The notes under the pieces were generated by a model, which saw only the letters and a list, made by a program, of their open reading frames with translations, was not told where the DNA came from and did not search any database. A stretch of 33,264 bases of DNA, taken from NCBI GenBank assembly GCA_024278215.1, contig JAJRTR010000069.1:1-33264 (forward strand), in the 5' to 3' direction. The translations under genes and the position numbers were made by a program. Shown in pieces: positions 1 to 7,402 of this stretch. Source of the stretch: a bacterium. GTDB lineage: Bacteria > UBP15 > UBA6099 > JAJRTR01. Within the stretch, counting starts at the first letter, position 1. Each line of letters opens with the position of its first letter.

Positions 1-35
1 GGCTCTTTACATCTTTTCATCGTCGACACGGCGCC

Positions 36-70
36 AACCCGGATTTCGCACAACAAAATCCGGAGAATCG
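36..70. repeat. Palindromic repeat, family A (degenerate copy)
   Basis: AACCCGGATTTCGCACAACAAAATCCGGAGAATCG closely matches the reverse complement of 5718-5752; stem CCGGATTT/AAATCCGG. Confidence 0.8.
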
Positions 71-138
71 TTACGGTGCTCCGATTCGTAATGCACAAAT
101 ACACAGGCTGGAACACACTGCGTTTACCTTATCTTTCA

Positions 139-855
139 TCAGCCTACCAGAGCAGCGATAGCCGCCGCCGCGAGCGCCGCCGTTTCCGCACGCAGAATGC
201 CCGGTCCGAGATGCGCCTTAACGAACCCGGCATCCGAAGCCGCCGTAAGCTCCCGCTCCGTCCAGTCACCTTCAGGCCCCACGAGCAGCACGACATCATC
301 GCGGCCCACATGCAGCATCAACTCCGATAGCGACCGCGACGCTCCCCCGCCCGACATTATATATTTATTACCGCATTCCGAAACCTTTTCAATGTAAACG
401 TCAAACCCAACCGGCCTCATTATGACCGGAACCCGGCCCGCGCTCTGCGCCGCTGCCGACGCGGCGACCCTCCTCCAGCGTTCCATCTTGCCGGCACAGG
501 TCGCCGACTTCACTTTCACAACCGTTCTTTCACAGATCACAGGCTGTATCGCGGCAACACCGATCTCCGTCGCTTTTTCAATCAGCAACTCCCACGGCTT
601 TGCCTTTATAAGCGCCGCGGCGAGGGTTATACGCCGGAGCGAGCGCGTCGGTATTTCATAAACTCCATCCACCTCGACTTCTATCGTGTCGCGGCCCGCG
701 CCCGTTATTTTCAATACCCATCGCCTCTCGCCGTCGTACCCTGCAAAAACATCACCGCGCACGAGTCTGAGAACATTTTTTATGTGCGCAACCGCAAACC
801 GGTCTTTTATTGTTTTTCCGTCGAATTCCCCTGTGAATACCCTGTCGAGATTCAT
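139..855 (-). CDS. rsmE: 16S rRNA (uracil1498-N3)-methyltransferase
   Basis: Hxxx[17 protein letters not shown] and [17 protein letters not shown] motifs; usual position downstream of dnaJ (4-nt overlap). Confidence 0.95.
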   Translation of the reverse strand: MNLDRVFTGEFDGKTIKDRFAVAHIKNVLRLVRGDVFAGYDGERRWVLKITGAGRDTIEVEVDGVYEIPTRSLRRITLAAALIKAKPWELLIEKATEIGVAAIQPVICERTVVKVKSATCAGKMERWRRVAASAAAQSAGRVPVIMRPVGFDVYIEKVSECGNKYIMSGGGASRSLSELMLHVGRDDVVLLVGPEGDWTERELTAASDAGFVKAHLGPGILRAETAALAAAAIAALVG

Positions 856-1988
856 TCTATCGCCTGGGCTAGCAGGTCCTTGACTTTCTCGAAAATATTC
901 TTATGCGGATTAGTGACCGAGTCGCCCGATTCCAGCGCAAACTCCCTTAGTAGCTTCTTCTGCTTCGAGTTCAGTTTTGCAGGTGTCACGACTTTGACAA
1001 CCACATGCTGGTCGCCCTTATGTTTTCCTCTTATGTGCGGAAACCCCTTTTCCCTGAGACGGAATATCTGCGACGTCTGCGTACCTGCGGGAATCCGGAT
1101 TTTTTCTTTGCCGTACAGAGTGGGCACTTCGATATCGCCGCCGAGCGCGGCAGTAGTGAAACTTATGGGAATCTCGCAGAAAACATCCTGCCCGTCCCTT
1201 TTAAAAATCTCGTGTTCCTTGAGGATGATGACCACATAGAGATCGCCGGGAGGAGCGCCCGGGTCGCCGGGTTCGCCTTCGCCCATCAGTCGAAGTTTCT
1301 GGCCTGTGTCCACACCTGCCGGCACGGCAACCTTGACCTTCTTTCTGCCTCGCACCCTGCCCGCGCCGTTGCATCTCGGGCACGGGTCATCCACCATCAC
1401 GCCCGCGCCGTTGCATCTCGGGCACGGATGCACATTGACCATCTGCCCGAACATAGTGCGGCGCGTCTGTCGGATCTCGCCCGTACCCCGGCAATAGGGA
1501 CAGTGAACGGGAGGAGCGCCGCTCTGCGAGCCGCTGCCGTTGCAGGCGGCGCAGTCGACCATGGTCGGAATCTCGATCTCGACATCCGCGCCGAAAGCGG
1601 CATCGCGCATCGTTATCTCGAGATCGTATCGCAGGTCCGCCCCACGCGAGGGACCCCTCTGTCGCGATCTGCCCCCGCCGCCGCCGAAGAAAACATCGAA
1701 TATGTCGGAGAAACCACCCATGCCGAAATCATCAAAACCCATGCCGCCGCCCATGCCGCCACCGGAGAGTCCCTCGTGTCCATAACGATCATATATGGAG
1801 CGCTTCTCCTGGTCGCACAGCACCTGGTAAGCTTCTGAAACCTCTTTGAATTTTGCTTCGGATGTTTCATCGCCGGGATTAACGTCGGGATGATACTTCC
1901 TCGCCATCTTCCGGTAGGCTTTTTTGAGTTCCGCATCAGTGGCATTCCTGTCGACACTCAAGATTTCGTAATAGTCGCGCTTTACCAT
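852..1988 (-). CDS. dnaJ: Molecular chaperone DnaJ
   Basis: J-domain with HPD, G/F-rich region, four CxxCxGxG zinc motifs, C-terminal domain. Confidence 0.98.
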   Translation of the reverse strand: MVKRDYYEILSVDRNATDAELKKAYRKMARKYHPDVNPGDETSEAKFKEVSEAYQVLCDQEKRSIYDRYGHEGLSGGGMGGGMGFDDFGMGGFSDIFDVFFGGGGGRSRQRGPSRGADLRYDLEITMRDAAFGADVEIEIPTMVDCAACNGSGSQSGAPPVHCPYCRGTGEIRQTRRTMFGQMVNVHPCPRCNGAGVMVDDPCPRCNGAGRVRGRKKVKVAVPAGVDTGQKLRLMGEGEPGDPGAPPGDLYVVIILKEHEIFKRDGQDVFCEIPISFTTAALGGDIEVPTLYGKEKIRIPAGTQTSQIFRLREKGFPHIRGKHKGDQHVVVKVVTPAKLNSKQKKLLREFALESGDSVTNPHKNIFEKVKDLLAQAIE

Positions 1989-2066
1989 TCTGTCTTCTTT
2001 ACTCCTGTCATATATTATCGTAGTTTTGTCTGGTTATGTGTCACACAGGGGAAAAAACCGCCGGCC

Positions 2067-3101
2067 TCAGAAACGTGAACCTCTCTGAAAAATATTGCTT
2101 AGAGATGCGGATACAAAATCCACAAGCCCCATCAGTCCCGAATACTCCATTCTTCTGGGACCCAGCAGTCCGATTGTTCCTGACGTATAATCACCGAATC
2201 TGAAAGTACTTTTTATTATGCTGCAATCACTTAGTTCTTCTAACATGATTTCGCTGCCGATGGTGACCGTCGGCTCATCGGCGGATTGCGCAAGCGTGAA
2301 AAGTTCAGAGTTGTCCTGGGCCGCTTCGACAATCTCGACTACCGGCTGGAAAAGCTCGGCGCTGTGGAACTCCGGGTGTCTTATGAGCCGGGTGCTGCCC
2401 TCGATATAAATTCTGGTTCCGAGCATAGTCAGCGTTTCTGTAAAAAATGATACTATCGAAGAATGCAGATACTCTTCCTTGAGCCGTATCTCCTGGAACA
2501 GCCGGTCAAGTGTGGCCGTCGTGATGTCTCTCACCTTCATGCCCGAAAGCCGGCTGTTGAAAGACCGCCGGAACCGATCAAGAGGAAGCCGGTCCACCTC
2601 CACCGGTAAATGCACAAGCGCTGTTTCGACCATCCCGTTGCCGAGTATGAGAATCAGCAGGATACTGTGCGATGAAACACGGGTTATCTCGAGTTTCCTG
2701 ACCTCGCTCCGGTCTTCTTCGGGCACTGCGATGAAGGTGACACAATCGCTCCACTCGGACACGATCTGCGAAACCTTGCTGAAAAGCTGGTCAACTTTAT
2801 ACCTTATCGGATCGAGGGATTCCTGGATCGCCCGTCCACTCTCTTACGCCACACGAAATTCCTTCAGAAGATAGTCGACAAAATACCTGTATCCCTTGTC
2901 TGTGGGCACACGACCGGATGAATAATGAGGCTTCTCGAGGTATCCCTCCTCATTCAGTTCGTGCATCGCGTTTCGGATTGTCGCCGAACTGAGGCCAAGC
3001 CGACCGGACAATTTTTTCGAGCCCACGGGCGTACCGGTGGAAACATAATCACGCACAAGGTGGTCGAGAATCTCAGCCTGTCTCGGTTTCATGTCCTTCA
3101 T
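2067..3101 (-). pseudogene. hrcA: Heat-inducible transcription repressor HrcA interrupted by a single in-frame TAA (codon 86, 2844-2846)
   Basis: N-terminal part has PVGSK..SSATIRN.M..L...[24 protein letters not shown]-terminal part has LSDCSII and GTIGLLGPRRMEY. The 81 nt between the two ORFs read in frame (ESGRAIQESLDPIRYKVDQLFSKVSQI), giving 344 codons before the final stop. Confidence 0.88.
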
Positions 3102-3153
3102 TGCTACACCCTTCAGCGTTCCGGCTCGTCGTGCGCCTGTTGTTCCTCGTTAT

Positions 3154-3182
3154 ATTATAATAGCAGTTTCCCGTTTTGTAAA
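3154..3182 (-). promoter_or_regulatory. Sigma70-type promoter for hrcA
   Basis: Minus strand TTTACA-17 nt-TATAAT about 50 nt upstream of the hrcA ATG. Confidence 0.65.
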
Positions 3183-3371
3183 AACCCTGCCGGGCAACCG
3201 GCTCTTATTAAATCTGAATCCCGAATTTATCACAACGAAATCCGGACAATATTCTGTCGCTTTCAGCGCAATACAAGTGCCTATACAGACACAGCCCATT
3301 CGCGACCATACGAAAAACAGCTTCAGCGGCCACTAATCTTTGCTTGTATTCACTCAATTATTACTCCAACG

Positions 3372-3400
3372 TTGTAAATGCCATTATAAGGTGATATAAT
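3372..3400 (+). promoter_or_regulatory. Sigma70-type promoter for the MerR-REC gene
   Basis: TTGTAA-17 nt-TATAAT with extended -10 TG. Confidence 0.7.
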
Positions 3401-3504
3401 AACATTAAAATTTGTCCGCCTCAAAAACGAAGAAATTGAGAGATGCAAACACACTTAAGTATACCAACAGTTTCAGAATCGGCGGACTATTAGGAGTGAT
3501 TACT

Positions 3505-4263
3505 GTGAATGATTCTTCTCTCCCGGTTTTTACCATCGGAGTTGTCGCGGACATAATTTGTGTCTCTGTTCAAACCCTCAGGTTGTGGGAAAACAAGGGG
3601 CTCATCAAGCCTTCGAGAAAAGGCAAGGACAGGTATTACTCACAGGACGACCTCAACAAGCTGAAATATATCAAGCACTTGCTGAGCGAGAAGAAATTGA
3701 ATACTTACGGAGTCAAGGAAATAATCGAAAAAGAAGGCTGGCAACATTTCACCGAGGGTGCGCCCGAAGATATGAAAGAGAAGCATGATGCCGAACGGGA
3801 ATCTTCAAAATCGGCCGGTAAATTTGAAAAAATAAGCGGCGGCGCGGCGGCTGAAACATCCAGAAAATCTGCCGGCGACGCACTGCATGAGAGAAAGCGC
3901 GTACTCGTTATCGACGACGATTTCGACCATGTTTCGGCTGTAAAAACTGTACTCGAAAGCGACAATTACGAAGTACTGACTGCCCTTAGCGGGCGCGACG
4001 GACTCGATAAAGCCAAAAGCGACAGGCCCGACATGATCATCCTCGATATTATGATACCCGACCTCGACGGCATCGAGATATGCACGGAACTCAAGTCTCT
4101 GCCGGAGTTCAAGGATGTTCCTATTTGTATCCTAAGCAGCATCCCGGAAAAGATGCGCGACAAGTTCGGATTGCAGACACCCGAACTACCGGCGGACAAT
4201 TTCGCGCAAAAACCCATCAGGCCCGGCAACCTGCTGGAAATAGTTCACGATCTTCTCAAATGA
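3505..4263 (+). CDS. HspR-like MerR-family transcriptional regulator fused to a C-terminal response-regulator receiver domain
   Basis: PVFTIGVVA....VSVQTLRLWE.KGLIKPSR....RYYS..DL..L..IK.L.....N..GVK MerR HTH; receiver motifs VLVIDDD, IILDIMIPDLDG, ILSS, QKP. Start moved to GTG 3505 (AGGAG at 3492-3496); the ORF track start is 3412. Confidence 0.88.
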   Translation: MNDSSLPVFTIGVVADIICVSVQTLRLWENKGLIKPSRKGKDRYYSQDDLNKLKYIKHLLSEKKLNTYGVKEIIEKEGWQHFTEGAPEDMKEKHDAERESSKSAGKFEKISGGAAAETSRKSAGDALHERKRVLVIDDDFDHVSAVKTVLESDNYEVLTALSGRDGLDKAKSDRPDMIILDIMIPDLDGIEICTELKSLPEFKDVPICILSSIPEKMRDKFGLQTPELPADNFAQKPIRPGNLLEIVHDLLK

Positions 4264-4292
4264 ACAACAGCCACGCGGCGCACATTCCAGGG

Positions 4293-4321
4293 TTTACATA
4301 TCCAATAATTGAGTATATGCT
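4293..4321 (+). promoter_or_regulatory. Putative sigma70 promoter overlapped by near-palindrome TGAGTATATGCTCA
   Basis: TTTACA-17 nt-TATGCT upstream of the 4431 gene; dyad at 4310-4323. Confidence 0.5.
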
Positions 4322-4430
4322 CATTAATGTCCGACAGGTTCTCATTTCGCTGAAAGCAAAGTGCAGGCCGCCCCTTTACGTTGTATGCGGAAGGGTGTTG
4401 TCGATAAAAACTTTAAGGTGAGCAGCATCA

Positions 4431-5357
4431 ATGGATAATAAGGAAAAACAAAGGCATGTGGTAAGCGTCAGCATCGGCTCGTCCGAGCGCGACCATTCGG
4501 TGGAAACCGAGATTCTTGGTATCCCCTTCAAAGTCGAGCGCATCGGCACCAACGGCGACATGGACAAAGCCCTGCGCATGATCAAAGACCTCGACGGCAA
4601 AGTGGATGCCATCGGCCTTGGCGGTATCGACCTCTATATTTACGTCGGCAACCGCAGGTATGTTATCCGCGACTGTAAAAAACTCGCGAATGCCGCGAAA
4701 ATCACTCCGACATACGACGGCAGCGTCGTCAAAATTTCTATGGAAAAAGAAATTATCAAAATGCTGTTCAAAGAGGGCAAATACCTCAGCAAAAAATCCA
4801 ATGTCCTGCTGGTCAGTTCCGTGGACCGCTACGGCATGGCCGAGACCTTCTACAAATGCGGTTGCAACGTCGTCTTCGGCGACTTCCTTTTCGTCCTGAA
4901 CATTCCACTGCCGGTCCGGAGCCTGACAGGGCTGAAACTCCTGGGCAACTGTGTCGTTCCCATCGTCAGCTGGCTTCCATTCTCGATGCTCTATCCCACG
5001 GGAGAAAAACAAAATAAACGCACACCGAAATGGGAGAAATATTTCAAATGGGCCGATGTCATTGCAGGCGACTTCCATTACCTTTACCGCTACATGCCCG
5101 ACGACATGGAAGGGAAAATCGTCGTCACGAACACCACCACCGCCAGGAATATCGAAGACATGAAAGCGCTCGGAATATCGACCGTCATCACGACCACACC
5201 CGAGTTCGAGGGCCGCTCCTTCGGCACCAATGTCATGGAGGGCGTCTACTCGACCATACTCGGCAAAAAGAAAGGCGACCCGCCCACTGTCGAGGAGTTC
5301 CGCTCACTTCTGAAAAAAATGGGACTCAAACCGCGCATCGTCGAACTTAATAAATAA
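4431..5357 (+). CDS. Conserved uncharacterised protein (family often auto-annotated 'quinate 5-dehydrogenase')
   Basis: VVSVSIGSSERDH, ERIGTNGD, LDGKVDAIGLGGIDLY and GRSFGTNVMEG recalled from that family; the function label is unverified. Confidence 0.7.
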   Translation: MDNKEKQRHVVSVSIGSSERDHSVETEILGIPFKVERIGTNGDMDKALRMIKDLDGKVDAIGLGGIDLYIYVGNRRYVIRDCKKLANAAKITPTYDGSVVKISMEKEIIKMLFKEGKYLSKKSNVLLVSSVDRYGMAETFYKCGCNVVFGDFLFVLNIPLPVRSLTGLKLLGNCVVPIVSWLPFSMLYPTGEKQNKRTPKWEKYFKWADVIAGDFHYLYRYMPDDMEGKIVVTNTTTARNIEDMKALGISTVITTTPEFEGRSFGTNVMEGVYSTILGKKKGDPPTVEEFRSLLKKMGLKPRIVELNK

Positions 5358-5409
5358 AAAACTATTCCCCTGCAATTTTCCACCATCTGCGATGTTATTA
5401 TATCATATT

Positions 5410-5453
5410 ATTTTTTGTGCGATCCCATGGCGGCCCCGGGATCATATAAAAAA
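5410..5453. terminator. Possible terminator hairpin
   Basis: T-tract-GATCCC...GGGATC-A-tract downstream of the 4431 gene. Confidence 0.35.
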
Positions 5454-5550
5454 GAACCTAACCCCAACACCGTTTACTTAAGAGGGTATGGGTATCAATA
5501 TTCGCGAAAATACAGGCTTTTTTGCGTATCATTGTTGCTAAAGTAAACGC

Positions 5551-5754
5551 CTAACCCGCACATTTCACCAATGCGGGCCAAAAATCGGGAGAATGCCTGG
5601 TAATAGCGCGGCAAGTGAGTGGTGAGGGAGCAGCCGGCCAGCCGGCCTCTTGCGCAAAATGCCGGTATGTGACCGATCCCGAATCGTCGCCGCAACGCGG
5701 TAGAATAGGCGTTCTCCCGATTTTCCGGATTTCTTTGTGAGAAATCCGGGTTAA
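5551..5754. mobile_element. Non-coding MITE-like composite element
   Basis: Ends TAACCCG/CGGGTTA; hairpin B (5555-5577); 18-bp inverted repeat 5581-5598/5707-5724 (17/18 match); hairpin A 5725-5749. Confidence 0.7.
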
Positions 5755-5833
5755 TATCTACACAAGTTGAAATAGTGAAGGTATGCGGCTATTTTATAAA
5801 ATTGTTTGATGTTGTGGTAAATAAGAATAAAAC

Positions 5834-7246
5834 ATGGTGGTGAAACGTATGATAGTTGGAAAATTCGGCGGCGGGGCGATGGCCTCGTCGAGTACGATCA
5901 AAGATGTTATGAAAATGATAAAACGCGACCCGGAAAGGAAGATAATCGTTGTTTCCGCGCCCGGCAGGAGGCCCGGGATCGATAACGATACAAAAGTGAC
6001 GGACCTGCTGATCAAGTGCGGGCAGGACAGGAACAAACCGGGCAAGTGCAAAAAAACGGCGTCGGAAATAGTGCGCCGCTATGAAGAGATCGCATGCGGG
6101 CTGGGCGTGAATCCCGAGCTTACCGACCGTTGCCGCGACGACCTGCGCGAGCGCATCGACTCGAAAGAATCCAACACGGCGAAGTATATGGACAAGCTGA
6201 AAGCGTTCGGCGAAGAATACTCGGCCCGGCTGCTCGCGGCTGCGCTGGATGTCGGCGGCGTGCCGGCGAAGTTTGTCTCGCCCGCAGAGGCGGGGATGAC
6301 GGTTACGGATAATTTCGGCGACACTGAACTTGACCCCGCGTCATATAAAAGGATAGGTGCGAAACTGTCGAAACCGAAAAAAGTCATAGTTTTCCCCGGC
6401 TTCTATGGGATGACGAAAGACGGCGCCGCGGCTACATTCGCGCGCGGCGGCTCGGACATCACGGGCGCGATACTCGCGGCGGCGGTGGGTGCGAAAATCT
6501 ATGAGAATTTTACCGATGTTCCCGGCATTTTCTGCACTGCGCCCGATCTCCTGATCGGTGTAAAACCCAGGAAAATCCACCGTCTCAGTTTCGACGAACT
6601 CCGCGAACTGTCTTATTCCGGTTTCAATGTTTTCCACCACGAGGCGATGCTGCCGGTGATGGAACTGGACAGGCCCGTGCCGATACATGTGCGGGATTAC
6701 AGGCTGCCGAAAACAAGAGGCACGCTGATCGTCGGCGGCAGAAAATATATGAAGGGCAAAATAATAGGAATAGCGGCGGAAAAAGGCTTCATATCCTATA
6801 CCATCACCAAAAGATTGATGAACAGGGAACTGGGATTCGGACGCAGGCTGTTCCAGATAATAGAGGATAAGGGCATATCGTACGAGCATTCGCCGTCTGG
6901 CATCGACAGTATTTCCGTGATAATAAAGAAGGACGACGACTTCACGACCGCGCTGAAAAAGGAACTGGGCGACGCCATGGAGAAGCAACTTGGCGGGTGT
7001 GTGAAGATAGAGGATAACCTCGCGATGCTGGCGATAGTCGGGCTGGGTATGAAAGAAAGTGTGGGAATCGCCGCGCGTGCTTTCGGCGCTATAGCCGACG
7101 CGGGAGTCAATATCGAAATGATTTCACAGGGCGCTTCCGAACTGAGCATATTCATCGGTGTCAAAGAAAAAGACACGCGCAAGGCGGTCACCGCGCTGTA
7201 CAACAGGCTGGTGCGAAGCACACCGCGGACGCCATACTTGAGTTGA
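5834..7246 (+). CDS. lysC: Aspartate kinase (two C-terminal ACT domains)
   Basis: KFGG, VVSAPG, GE..SA, FPGFYG, TFARGGSDITGAILA, ENFTDVPG, ELRELSYSGF.VFH; ACT domain VGLGM...VGIAARAF.AIA...VNIEMISQGASE. Confidence 0.93.
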   Translation: MVVKRMIVGKFGGGAMASSSTIKDVMKMIKRDPERKIIVVSAPGRRPGIDNDTKVTDLLIKCGQDRNKPGKCKKTASEIVRRYEEIACGLGVNPELTDRCRDDLRERIDSKESNTAKYMDKLKAFGEEYSARLLAAALDVGGVPAKFVSPAEAGMTVTDNFGDTELDPASYKRIGAKLSKPKKVIVFPGFYGMTKDGAAATFARGGSDITGAILAAAVGAKIYENFTDVPGIFCTAPDLLIGVKPRKIHRLSFDELRELSYSGFNVFHHEAMLPVMELDRPVPIHVRDYRLPKTRGTLIVGGRKYMKGKIIGIAAEKGFISYTITKRLMNRELGFGRRLFQIIEDKGISYEHSPSGIDSISVIIKKDDDFTTALKKELGDAMEKQLGGCVKIEDNLAMLAIVGLGMKESVGIAARAFGAIADAGVNIEMISQGASELSIFIGVKEKDTRKAVTALYNRLVRSTPRTPYLS

Positions 7247-7279
7247 GTCTTCAAGCTGTGATATGATTGTTGAACAGTC

Positions 7280-7364
7280 TTTTGCAATTGGCTCTGTTAT
7301 AGAAATGTTAATATCAGATTGAACCTGTGCGTTTTTGAAACCCGCTGATTTTGCAATCGGCTCT
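7280..7364 (+). repeat. Direct repeat TTTTGCAATYGGCTCT x2 enclosing a family C terminus
   Basis: 7280-7295 and 7349-7364 (15/16 identical); 7322-7341 is identical to 12327-12346. Confidence 0.75.
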
Positions 7365-7402
7365 TCAAAAGAACAAAACCGGGAAGACTGGAGTGGCGCA
7401 TT

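Noticed and set aside
2014-2047. MerR-type 19-bp-spacer promoter for dnaJ with TGTGTCACACA dyad
   Set aside because: Both hexamers are imperfect and a 5-bp-arm dyad is within chance expectation.
2844-2846. Stop-codon reassignment or selenocysteine/pyrrolysine in hrcA
   Set aside because: The codon is TAA, not TGA/TAG, and TAA terminates several intact genes here.
5549-5756. Integron attC site (GCCTAAC fits RYYYAAC)
   Set aside because: The right end GTTAATA does not fit GTTRRRY, the length (~200 bp) is too large, there is no integrase, and flanking genes are housekeeping.
5358-5833. Lysine riboswitch upstream of aspartate kinase
   Set aside because: The expected ordered core motifs are not visible; the structured part is explained by dispersed repeats.
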